64,000 nt of DNA from Octopus vulgaris (Eukaryota). This document shows positions 1 to 11,971 of this stretch, piece by piece. The position numbers and the translations under genes were made by a program. Location of the stretch: the NCBI GenBank assembly GCA_951406725.2, contig OX597816.1, positions 155,372,001-155,436,000 of the forward strand, given 5' to 3'. The notes under the pieces are model-generated. The model did no database searches, was not told the DNA's origin, and worked only from the letters and a program-made list of their open reading frames with translations. Within the stretch, counting starts at the first letter, position 1, and each line of letters opens with the position of its first letter.

Positions 1-27
1 ATATATATAGGCTTATGTATGCATGCA

Positions 28-735
28 CGAGGGTGGGCTCAAAAGTTCATAGTCTGACCACAATGCAATGGTCGAGCTTGAGCAAATGGGTTTTATTTTT
101 CGATATAGTCTCCCCTGCGGTCCATACACTTCTTCCATCGGTGTTGCAGCGATTGGATTCCCGTAGTATAGAAGCTCTCCTCCTGACATTCGAAAAAGTC
201 TTCAGCAGTAGATATAATCCTATCATCAGTCCGATACTGCTTTCCAGCCAAGTGTCTTTTCATGTTGAAGAGCAGAAAATAATCAGATTGTGACAAATCA
301 GGAGAATATGGAGGGTGATCCACAAGTTCAAAGCCACAGTGGCGTACAGCAGCCATTGCAACCACAGACTTGTGTGCAGGAACATTTTCCTGGTGAAGCA
401 GAACCCCCTTCGTCAGTTTTTCAGGCCGTTTTGACTTGATTACCTTTCGCAGCTGCCACAACAAGTTGGCATAGTATTCTCCATTGATAGTATGGCCTTT
501 CCGAAAGTAGTCAATGAGTACATTGCCTTTTGTATCCCAGAAGACGAAGACCATCACTTTCCCTGCCGATGACACCATATTGACCTTCTTTGGTGGGGGA
601 AAAGACGGAATTTTCCACTGCATGGACTGCCGTGTGATCTCTGGCTTAAAGTGGTGAACCCAACATTCATCTTTGTTAAGGAAACGTTCGAGAAAACCGG
701 CTGGATTTGCTTTAAAAAGTGCTACGTTCGCCTGC
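28..735 (-). mobile_element. 5'-truncated mariner (DD34D, Himar1/irritans-like) transposon with 3' TIR
   Basis: ORF 93..776(-) has DECWVHHF, GKVMVFVFWD, HQENVPAH (second catalytic D changed to E) and HPPYSPDLSQSDY. A mariner-type end CGAGGGTGGGCTCAAAAGTT starts at ~28. Confidence 0.9.
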
Positions 736-1406
736 GGGTCTATTTCTAGCAGTACTAGTGTTGTAACATTCAGCACCCTTATTATAATTTATATATATAT
801 ATTTAATATAAATTATAATAAGTGTGCTGAATATTACAACACCAGTACTGCTAGAAGGAGATCCCAAATGGTCTATGAACCACTTAGATTATTACTCCAC
901 TTACGCGCGCGCGCGTGTGTATGTATGTGTGTATGTGTGTATGTATGTATGTAACTGCTTTCTCGTATACGAGCAAAGCCATTGTTAGAAAGAATTGTTG
1001 AAATGAGTAATTGATGATGCAATGTGAGGCCCTTGTATGCCTCTTGAGCCCAGCCAAAGATTTGCACATTCTATTGCACAATGCACTATTGCTCTTTGAC
1101 ATGACTTTTCAATCCTCCAACCGAAAGTTACTGCTTTTCATAGACATGTTGCACATGTTGTGAACAATACCCGTATCAAAGTGTGCTTCCCAGCCTTGAT
1201 AACATCCTGCTGGTTGGGCATGTAAGCCAACATTCCATCTGAATGGGACGCCAGCACAATTCAGTATTCATTTGAAGTTGACTGGACTTGATTAACATGA
1301 AATAAAGTGTTTTGTTCAAGAACACAACGCCGCAACCGGTTGGGGAATCGAAAGTCTGATCGCAAGATCCTCAGTGCCATACCCTATCCACTAGACTCCT
1401 CACCTT

Positions 1407-1473
<67 letters not shown>

Positions 1474-2949
1474 GTGTTTGTGTGTGTGTGTTAAAACTAC
1501 ATATTTATTTCTACTGAGAGCATCGGATTCTTTAAGAAATTTTCATATGGTTTTAATGTATCTGTATTTATGTTTAAAAATCTATACATGAATATATATG
1601 AATACACGTATTTGTGTGCATTATAATTAACTATTACGCCAGCTGTGTGTGGATTTTTTGCATTGTTATATTTATAGAGAGAGGCAAAACGTAGATATCC
1701 TCTAAGCATTTTAATATAGAAGTTGTAAATGCTAATTAGAAGATAACACTTGTGTTATTTTAAAAACCTCCGAAATGTTATATCTAGCTCTAAGTGATAT
1801 ATTTGTATGAAAGTAATAATATACTATGGTATTAATTGATATGGCATATGTATACTCATATATATGCGAAAGCATTTATATATATATATGTATGCGTGAG
1901 TTTGCGTACATCAGAAACCTAAATATAATTAATTTACGAAAAAATTTGATATCGTACAGTATGATACAGCCTTCTGTCTGTTTGATATTTAGATGTCTGA
2001 AACAATGTATCCGATAGTTTGCAGACGATGTAAAATTATTTCTAAGTATATATTTATAGATTATTATTTAAATTGTTGGGAGTAATCGAGGAATTTATTT
2101 TAAGTTGAACGATGTTCACACGCACACGCATGCACACGCGCACAAACACACATAAGTATTGAGACACATTCGCAAACAAACTGAAAATATTTATTTAGGA
2201 ATCATCATGTCCTGAGATTTTAGGTAGAATTGAAAAGAGTCAGTTACATATAGATGGAATTTCCAAACGCACAATCTCACCCATAAACATATAATTATGG
2301 TGTTGCGCCCATATGCATTTGTATAGGTATATGTATATATATGTATCTGTTTTTGTGTATTTGTTATATGCGTGTGTGTTTATTATATGTGTGTGTAGTT
2401 GTGTAGGTGCATGAATACGAGACGTGGTCAATATTTCCATATGTAACTAAATAGTTCTTAAATCTAATATAATAGCCAAATGTTTCTTATCGAAACCACT
2501 TCTGATCTGCTTGGAAGCAGAAGTTGATTTTGTTTCACAAAAGTTTCCCTACTATTAATCACTAGCAGTTTATTTACATCCTTTGACAGAAGTAAATTCA
2601 GAATGGTAAATACATGGCGCCATGTTCCAATTTGAAAGGGTTGTCTTCGGATATTGGTAGAAGATCATTTACGCTGTTTCAACCTCTGCACTACAGCACC
2701 GTTATAGTTACTATAGTTGAGTGTTTATTTACACATAGAGCTGCAATTATATGTATGTACGTACGTATGTATGTATGTTTGTATGTATGTATGTATATAG
2801 GTATGTATATATGTATGCATGTATCTCATTGTTCAGTTTTATTTCAAGATTTCTTGCCAATAGAGAAAGAGCCGATTTCTAACCTAGATTCAAGGCTCCT
2901 TCATTGAAGTTCCAATATTAACTGGCTATTTTTGTATGTACGTATGTAT

Positions 2950-3776
2950 AACAACTGGAATGTTTCCATCAGATGTGCCTCAGACGGATCTATGGCATTA
3001 AGTGGAAGTACCGCATCAGTGATCTTAAAATATTGGAAGGCTCTCGGTGTGAAAGTATAGAAGCTCTTGTGTTAAAGCAAAGGCTCAGATGGAGTGGTCA
3101 TCTGGTCAGGATGAAGGATTCAAGGATGCCAAAACAACTCTTTTATGGAGAGTTTGGTAAAGGAGAACGACCTCCACATAAACCAAAAAAGAGGTATAAG
3201 GACTTGCTGAAGGCTTCCTTAAGAGATGCTTGCATCTCTCCTGACACATGGGAAGGCATAGCTATTGATCGTAGCAGGTGGAGAAGGAATGTGCATGAGG
3301 GGACAGCCACTTTTGAGAAATCTCGAGTTGCACATGAGAAAGTACGGAGGGATGTTAGGAAGGGCGTCGCTGTTACACTTCCAGAAGGGAAGGGTCTTCC
3401 TTTGATGCTGACATGCAATGTCTGTGCAAGACCCTGTCTCAGTAAAGCTGGACTCAAGAGTCATCTTCGTAGTCATAAAGCGAGACAGATGAGTGACAAC
3501 CTGGCCACTGGTGGTGGTGTAACACACCATACTAATCATATCCGTCGGGCATGTGGAAGATAGTGTAATTGGGTAGGAGGACTTAAACGACATGCAAAGA
3601 TACATGAAGCCCAGTTACAACTACAGCCGGCTATTACCAGTAAAGGTTTTAGTTGCCAATTTTGTACAAGACATTGTAGATCTTTTTATTGGGCTAAAAA
3701 GTCACATTCGATCACAGCACCAGTAACAGTTAAGCTTCGTGCAATGGCCATACTCGATAACGAGGGGACAGCCATA
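2950..3776 (+). mobile_element. RTE-clade LINE 3' fragment with C-terminal C2H2 zinc fingers, inserted in (TATG)n
   Basis: CLRRIYGIKW...RLRWSGHLVRMKDSRMPKQLFYGE is the typical RTE RT C-terminus. It is followed by CNVCARPCLSKAGLKSHLRSH and two decayed fingers, with TATG repeats on both sides. Confidence 0.85.
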
Positions 3777-4589
3777 ATGCATATATGTATGAAAGTATGT
3801 ATGTATGTATGAACGTATGTACGTATGTATGCATGTATGTATGCATATGTGCAGATTTGTATGTTTTGCCTTATGTATGTATTCTCATGTATATAGTTGC
3901 ATGCCTAGACAAGCTCATATAAAAGCTCGGAAGCTTTTACAGATTTTTTACAGTTTCAGCGATGGATTGGATCTGTAGTCTTCGAATTAGTTTTCTCCTC
4001 TCTGCTTTTGAGAAGCTTAATTTCTTAAGATTGGCGTTTAGGCAGTGTGTTACATATCCCAGCCCATTTCAGTATTGCAGGGTTATTCATTTGAAGTTGA
4101 CTGGACTTGATCAACATAAATTAAAGTGTTTTGTTGAAGAACACAACGCAGCAGCCAGTCTTGAGTTAGCACTCCACCCTATCCACTAGACCATGCATAT
4201 ATAATATACTGAAATAAGTAGTTCTGTATGTTAAAACTACGTATGTATGCGTGTGTGTATGTATGTATGTATGTATGTATGTATGTATGTATGTATGTAT
4301 GTATGTATGTATGCATGTATGTATGTATGTATGTATGTATGTATGTATGTACGTATGCATGCAAGCACGCATATATATATATATATATAATTAATCCAAA
4401 TACGAGATAATTAATCCAAATAGGCTGTGATTTCGTTGTTTTCTTTCTCTTTGCCATATAGGGGTTGCAAATTCTGTTTGTTTGTGGAGACTTTTTTACT
4501 AGTAGGAGAAATGGTGACCTATTTGGCTGCCATTTCTAATATTTTCGGTATGTGGTTTTGAGCAACTTGTTGCAATTAATCCTTTATTA

Positions 4590-4655
<66 letters not shown>

Positions 4656-4681
4656 GGAACTGAAGGAGAGGTAGAGGGAGA

Positions 4682-4726
<45 letters not shown>

Positions 4727-4989
4727 TGTGTGTGTGTGTGTGTGTGTGCGTGTACATAGACATGCACATACAAATACACAACCATAGCCGTATAGTAACA
4801 TATGCATATATACATGCATACAAATATACACTAATATATAACTGATTCTCCGTCGGCTCCAACGATGAGGATTTAATTATTTCATCAGTTAAATTATTTG
4901 CTCATTCATTTAATGTGATAGTTGTTAACTGAGCATTCTAGATATATATATACGCCACACAGACACATACATATGTATGTGTGTATACG

Positions 4990-5025
<36 letters not shown>

Positions 5026-5030
<5 letters not shown>

Positions 5031-5165
5031 AAATTTAGAGGAATGACCACTAAAGTAGACACCTTTCTGCTAAACATAGACGTCAAATCACCATTAATGG
5101 CGATTTGACGTCTATGTTTAGCAGAAAGGGTGTCCACTTAGTGGTCATTCCTCTAAATTTTGTAT
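5026..5165. repeat. 140-bp near-perfect palindrome abutting (TA)n
   Basis: ATACAAAATTTAGAGGAATGACCACT...CCATTAATGG...AGTGGTCATTCCTCTAAATTTTGTAT. Confidence 0.9.
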
Positions 5166-5894
5166 GTAACACAATTTTTAATTTCCGTTTTTTTTTAAAA
5201 ATATGCTAAGCCACTGGTTTTAATTGATTAATATAAATTTCTACTCTTATTATTTAATTATATATATATGTATATATATATATATAATTATTATATATAT
5301 ATATATATATATAATTATTTTTTGTTTAGCGTTAACATGGAAAATTCAATAAACAGTTACCAGGATAGCAAAATTCACGCAAGTAACACGGATGAAACGA
5401 CCTATTCAAAGGTAGAAACTCCGGGTTAATGTGTAGTAATTTGTGTAGTATAAGTAAATAAATGGAGATGAACGCAGATATTATTAAAATTCTTTTACTT
5501 TCGACATATGATTCGAAGACAACATGGTTTTATTCCAAAGGAATAAACTGTGTAAAATGCAATCTTCTCATCAGGAAAGAAAGAGAGCCTCTCTCAACAA
5601 AACATTATAACAATTACGATGACTGCCTAAATGATAAACAGAACGTTATTAAGTATTTTTAAAAAACCGTTAGTAGATTCGACGTCAAAGGCAGATACTA
5701 GAAAGAGAAGGGTTAAAGAAATAATAAGTAGAGAACAAATAAAGAGGGATACGTTGGTTGAAAAAAATGTTCAAAGGCTTGGAAGTAGATTTCTCTATTG
5801 AAGTAAAGTGCAAGTTAAACTAACTGTTCAAACTATAAAGACTGGCAAAATCACTTAACTTGCACTTTACTTCAATAGAGAAATCTACGTCTAA

Positions 5895-6310
5895 GCTAGG
5901 CAGGGTGCATCTTCGGGATAAAGGATTATTGCCTGCCCAAGGTGATATTGTATGACGAACTTTCCACCGGCTATTGCGAGAGAGGGGCACGCCAAAGAAA
6001 CAATACAAGGATTGTTTTAAAAACTTCCTTGGTGCCTGTCTCATCAACCATCGATAGTGGTCCACTCTAGCCAAGTACAGTGACGCATGGTATCTCACTA
6101 TCAACCATACTGCCTCCTTCGAAAATCCCTACCGAGCCACTCTCTAGGACAACTGGTGCAGGAGGAAAATAGCAACGGGACATCTTCAAACCCTGACCAA
6201 ACAGTCAGCGATAGTGCCTACCTGTGCTACAGTGGCCTTCTTTCAGCTATCAGCGTGCCAACAATCAACATGGACAAGCCTCTTAATATTCGCTCGCGAA
6301 GTCAATTTAA
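5895..6310 (+). mobile_element. Decayed RTE-clade LINE 3' fragment
   Basis: Frameshifted 'AGCIFGIKDYCLPKVILYDEL...RGTPKKQYKDCFK...WSTLA' resembles the RTE C-terminus. It ends before (TATC)n. Confidence 0.65.
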
Positions 6311-6317
6311 TATCAGT

Positions 6318-6373
<56 letters not shown>

Positions 6374-6854
6374 ATATCTATCTATCTATCTATCTATCTA
6401 TCTACACGTACATACATATGCACATAAACACATATGTGTGTGTTTGAGTGTGCGTGCGTGTGTGAGTATTTGTGTGTATTTTTATGCGTGACTGAATCCA
6501 TTGTACTTTTATTTTACATTCAGTCGTATCCAGTTGGTAGCTGTTCGTTTGTATGTACGTTATACATTCTAGAACATGTGCTTGTATGTATAATTAATCT
6601 ACATAATACAGTGTTGACTAATCAGACACAAAATACAAGCTAAATCTGCTTATGAATATGAAATCCTACCGTTTATATGAAATTAGTGAAATTATTAGAA
6701 AATCAATTAGGAACGAATTATGCCCTTAAATGTTACACGGAAATCCTTTACTTTCTTCTTTGATTGAGTGTACAATACACACTCAATGATAATTTGGTAC
6801 ATTACTGCACAAACGTCAATTAAAGAAAAAGCGAAAAGTAACATAGAATATACT

Positions 6855-7228
6855 GTGGCACTCTGTTGCTTACAACGACGAGGGTTCCAGTTGATCCGAT
6901 CAACGCAATAGCCTGCTCGTTAAATTAACGTGCAAGTGGTTGAGCACTTCACAGACACATGTGGCCTTAACGTAGTTCTCGGAGAGATTCAGCGTAACAC
7001 AGAGTGCCAAAAGGCTGACCCTTTGAAATACAGATACAACAGAAACAAGAAGAAACATTGTGAGAAAGTTGTTGTAAAAGCATACACCAGGGTTCGCCAC
7101 CACACCCTACCGGATCCTCGTAGAGCTTTAGGTGTTTTCGCTCAATAAACATTCACAATGCCCGGTCTGGGAATCGAAACACGATCCTACGATCGAACAC
7201 GTACTCTTAACCACTGCGCCATATGCCC
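6855..7228 (-). mobile_element. tRNA-derived SINE (family with GAGGGTTCCAGTTGATCCGATC tail)
   Basis: Same body as 43140-43530. B-box GTTTCGATTCC on the - strand at ~7170-7180. Confidence 0.8.
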
Positions 7229-7230
7229 GT

Positions 7231-7301
7231 GGGCATATGGCGTAGTGATCAAGAGCGCGGGCTACTAACCCCAAGACTCCGAGTTCGATTCCAGGCAGTG
7301 A

Positions 7302-7373
<72 letters not shown>

Positions 7374-7431
7374 CAACAATAATAATAGTAATAATAATAA
7401 TAATAATAACAACAACAACAACAACAACAAC

Positions 7432-7529
<98 letters not shown>

Positions 7530-7665
7530 AAATAATAATATTAACAATAACAACAACAACAACAACAGCGAAAAATACCTTAGGGAAATTTCACAAAGAT
7601 ACCTGATGAAGGCTGGAGGGTATATCAGCCGAAATGTGTTAACAATAAACAAGACGAGGACAGAT
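7231..7665 (+). mobile_element. Penelope pLTR fragment: tRNA-like head + (AAT)n + minimal hammerhead
   Basis: 73-nt tRNA-like head at 7231-7303 (A box TGGCGTAGTGA, B box GAGTTCGATTCC), then an expanded (AAT/AAC)n tract, then CTGATGA..GAAA. Colinear with 46116-46333(-), which is attached to a Penelope GIY-YIG ORF. Confidence 0.8.
7598..7640 (+). ncRNA. Minimal type I hammerhead ribozyme, decayed (CGT lost after GAAA)
   Basis: GATAC-CTGATGA-A-GGCTG(GAGGGTATAT)CAGCC-GAAA-T-GTGTT. Stems I and II pair, but the cleavage triplet region is deleted relative to the 46-kb copy. Confidence 0.7.
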
Positions 7666-9375
7666 AGTTTACTTTAAAAGGCAGAAACTACGGGAACAGT
7701 AATTGGTAAGTACTAGGTGTCCAATATCTTGTCAGGACAGTATAACATGAGCCTATATGCGTTTACAAGGATAAAAGAAGTCGTGAAATATAAAGAAATA
7801 TATTAATTTATAGAACTTTTTAACTGATATACATTTATTAAGAAGTTGCTTTTGGTGCTCACAGGACAGTTGAGTCTTTTTTCCCGGGAATCTTTAATAT
7901 TTGTCCTTCTTATTATATGTAAAAATAATATAGTCATTTTGTTGTATAGCCTTGAATTTTCGGATTATTTTCTGACATCACTTTGATATTTCCGGTAGGT
8001 GGCAGTGTAGTTGGATAGAAGCGGGGATTTCTTTTGTCAATATAAATTTTTTTTTCTGTCATTGTTTTCTCCGCTAACGCGGAGAATATTTAAGGCAACC
8101 GGTTTAGAAACATGGTGCTATCTGCATAATTAACAACAGCGAGATGTGACATACGCATTTTTTTCTTCACTTCCGTGTTTCGACTCCAGAGTGCACATGC
8201 ACATTGCGTATTCATATTTCTTCTTCCGGTTCCTACTCAAAACTGTTTACAAATCTCAACCATATCGCGGATCTCCGGTGGTGAGAAGCGCTTCGCTCTT
8301 CGATGGTTGTGAAAATCGTTTTGGGACCGCTGGCCTACAAGTTCTCAGAGCTTTGGTTCTTTGACAGCGTTGACCATCACTACTTTTATACGAGTTTTAT
8401 TTCAGTTTTGTTTATTTAATTCCTAAAAAAAAACAAATAGAAAGAAACAGTGAGAGTAATAGAGATCGAATCCAATGGATGTATACGGCTATCCTTCATT
8501 GCTTCACTCTACTCTGACGAGCAAGCACATGGTATTACTTGGAAATATATTTCCGATTGTCTAGTGTCCTGCCCTGGAATACTGAAGGTGATTTGACTGT
8601 AATCAGCTTGAGGAAACTGCTGTTGAGCAATTATAGTGATGGTCTTTGCGATCTGTGAAAAGGTTAAATTTCTTCTTTAACATGATAACTTGAAGATGAT
8701 TGCTATGATATAATCATTAGACAATGAGCGCGCATTTTCTTCGGAGAATCAGAGACTTACAAGAAGAAAAGCATAAGGTAACATACTATTAGGGAATGTT
8801 TGACTCACGTATATCCATGTGATGGTATTAAGCAGCGTGACGGCTTAATACCATCACATATCATTGCGCTAACTTTTATTAACCCATTAATATATATATA
8901 TAATTTGGGAAAACAAATTTCCAAATCAATCAGGTGCAACCCTTCAGCGTTATATGCATCTACATATCGTACTTTGGAATCATATTTATCGTATATTTAT
9001 ATATTTATCTATAAATATACAAAGTATCAGATAAAATTCAATATTAAATCAATTTTGGGGGATTAATCGATATGCGGGTATTTTATTTCAGATAATACAA
9101 AAATAACCTAATAAGTATATATCTGACAGTAAACTCATGATATCAGTTTGCACATCATGAAATAATACTTAAAGGATATAGCCAAAATTTCCAGCAGGGT
9201 ATATAATATACTTCGTTAATTATATCCTACTTTAGTTAATACTTATATTTATTAAATATTTATTGAAAATAAGTATAAATATCGATTAATCCCCCAAAAT
9301 TATGTGACCGCGTGTGTATCGTTGGTGATTTTTTTCCCTCCGTCTTCCTTTCCTTGGATCTTTCCTTTTTCCTAT

Positions 9376-9410
9376 GTTTCTGACGAAGAGCTCCGCTCAA
9401 AACGTTAAAT
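9376..9410 (+). ncRNA. Minimal hammerhead-like motif, probably inactive, in a PLE-derived repeat (~9305-9510)
   Basis: GTTT-CTGACGA-A-GAGC(TCC)GCTC-AAAA-CG-TT-AAAT. The conserved GAAA reads AAAA. The repeat ends in (TA)n. Confidence 0.6.
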
Positions 9411-9507
9411 CCTCCTTCTTTCTTTCCTTTCCTGAGCGTCCAATAACACTATACTTGTTCCACGTCCTCGCGTTGTTGTGTTTTCTCTTTGTGTTTTCAT
9501 GTTTGGA

Positions 9508-9542
<35 letters not shown>

Positions 9543-9553
9543 TATATATATAT

Positions 9554-9788
9554 ATTGGGTTGGCCAGAAGTTACCTGAAAGTAAATAAAAAACATTTAAT
9601 TCCAAGATTTATTTATGTTTAACACTGAGTGAATTTAATAAAAGCATCTAAATATGAAATATTATGAAAATGGTTAAAACGGAAGTCGTTCTTGGGCGAC
9701 ACATTTTGCCATTCGAATCAATACTGAATTGCAGAGAGTATCTATGAAATTTTGATTTACCGTCGGGTGACATTTGGCCGACCCTGTA
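9554..9788. mobile_element. Short mariner-derived non-autonomous element (MITE) in a TA site
   Basis: Diverged TIRs TTGGGTTGGCCAGAAGTTACCTGA and TCGGGTGACATTTGGCCGACCCTG with TA flanks. Confidence 0.5.
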
Positions 9789-9943
9789 TAATATACATCT
9801 GTTTGGAGAGACTAAATTTGTGTGTGAGCGTGCGTGTTTGTTTGTGCGTAAACATGTTTCGTAGAAGGAATATGTTATTGCTATTTTATCAGTGATTTTT
9901 CACTCGTATAACTCGTATAATATTTCCTTATTTTTTATTCTAG

Positions 9944-10078
9944 GGCCTATGGTATCACATTGTGGGAGATATTTTCAATGGCCAGCGATCCATATCCTGG
10001 AAAAGTAAACCAAGAAGTCATGCAATTTGTCTTAGATGGGGGAAGATTGCCTGCACCCGAGAATTGTCCTTTGTCTAT
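9944..10078 (+). CDS. ALK: ALK/LTK-type receptor tyrosine kinase, kinase-domain exon (subdomains IX-X)
   Basis: Pyrimidine tract + TAG acceptor and GTAAGC donor; 135 nt, phase 2/2. Encodes (W)AYGITLWEIFSMASDPYPGKVNQEVMQFVLDGGRLPAPENCPLS(I), compared with human ALK [46 protein letters not shown] (recalled). Confidence 0.9.
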
Positions 10079-10194
10079 GTAAGCAATGATTGCCTCTCAT
10101 ATATGTTATTAGGTTGTGACAGACATTTAACATTTAAACATGTACGTACACATGGACAAATAACACACCAGACATATACGTATGTGTGTACACA

Positions 10195-10261
<67 letters not shown>

Positions 10262-10412
10262 TCAAAAAGCAATAAAGATTCAAGTTAATTTAAATGAATT
10301 TACTTGAATATGGTACCTAACTTAGATGCACCAAAAAAAAACTATACTGATTTAACAATACAGTAATGTGGGGTGATTATAAGCGAGAATGAAGCAACAC
10401 GAATGGATAGGT

Positions 10413-10503
10413 TTTTAGTACAATCGTTTCATACAAGGACAGGTTTTATTAAAAGTTGCAAAAATTACAGCATATAAACGTGTCCCGTACTCATCAGCTA
10501 AAA
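10413..10503 (-). ncRNA. Type I hammerhead ribozyme in the 3' pLTR (element sense)
   Basis: Reverse complement of 13861-13951, with the same core and stems. Confidence 0.85.
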
Positions 10504-11971
10504 TACATGTGAGTTCTCTAGACATCCTAGTGGTTGAGGCTATACTCATGAAGTAATGTAGATAATTAAGTAACATAAACAGATTTCAAAAGTTCATTAA
10601 AGTTCTTTAAAGATGATGTACAGTCTTATCACAGAATTTTAAAAAAAGTCTTAATAGCATCACAGAGGAGGTGACCTAATCCATAGTGCACATATGAATT
10701 TCCAGAGATATGATGAGGGATTACATACTCACAGAAGACAAATTTATCCATTGTTAATTACAACGAGGTGGGTTTCAATTCCTGCTTATTAGCATTACAG
10801 AGAGGGTGAATTAATCCTTTGTATAGATGCACAATTTCTAATGGTGTAGATGTAAATTTCCAAGGAATTTCATATTCACAGGCGATAAATTTATCAATGG
10901 TTGAACACAATGAGGTAGGTATCAATTCTTGTTATATGATTAGGTATTTGCCACATTAATCACATTACTGCTATTTACAAGAGGCTGTAGCTATTTAACT
11001 TTTAAAGGCTGAAGGGCTTTCTAGAGCTGTATAGAATAGAAAAGGGAAGGGAATAGAAGAAAAGAGAGAAAATAAAGGAGGAGGGAGCAAAAAGGGGGGG
11101 GGAGGGGGACTCAAAGAGAAGAGAAAAGGAAAAAGAGAATAAGAAGAAGAAAAAGAAAAAAGAGAAAAGAGAAAGAAATAGGGAAGGAAGGGAAAAAAGA
11201 AAAAAGAGGAAAGAAGAAAGAAAAAGAAAAAAAAGAGGGGTCTAGTTATACAGAAGAATTAGTAGACGGCAAGTCTGGTTTTAATTAACAGGCATCTAGG
11301 AATTATAGGAGAATATTATTCTTTGACCAGTAAAACAGCTAATTTATTGCTGTTGGAATCAGCTATGAAATTAAAGAGAATCTAAAGAGATAACACAGTT
11401 AGGGGTTTAGAGGTCAGATGCTAAAATCACCAGAAAATACATTAGGAAAAACTAGGTATAATCTTATCAAAAAGTCATTAAAATTTACTTATTTAATTTA
11501 TTCATTTTATTGTCTTAAGGAGTTGCCGTTATTATTCATACATTGACGGACTACAGGTCAAATCTTAGAAGATCATTTAAAAGGTGTTAGGGGATTGTCT
11601 ATCATAATGAAGATAATCATATTATCACCGAGGGAATAGCCTTATTTATTTAATTTTGAAATAGAATTATGGGTCTATAGTAACTCAATTTAATTAATTA
11701 GAGTTATGCTAATTTAATTAGATTGAGTTAGGAATTAAAATTAAAAATTACAATTAAGATTTAAAATTAAGAATTTAAAAATTGTGAGTTTGAAATTAAA
11801 TAAAGCCTCAATTAAGCAGCGAATGAGTGCTATTCATTTCCCTGTTCTCAAAAAACTGATGCAGATATAAGGAAAAAGATAACTGTAGTGTGAGAACTCT
11901 TAGTTATCTAAAGCAGTGCTATACCAGTAGAAATCAAGTTATATCTATCTATCTAGTTAAGAATATTCTAA

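Noticed and set aside
5462-5662. YDSKTTW resembling the kinase FTSKTDxW motif of the preceding exon
   Set aside because: No LPVKWMPPE-like motif or suitable splice sites. The preceding exon was not found and probably lies upstream of the window.
7231-7303. Possible tRNA gene (73 nt, ACT anticodon position)
   Set aside because: The acceptor and T stems pair poorly, there is no T-run terminator, and it is embedded in a repeat. Treated as a tRNA-derived head.
9962-10288. 108-aa ORF over the kinase exon
   Set aside because: Wrong frame. The real exon is 9944-10078 in another frame, bounded by splice sites.
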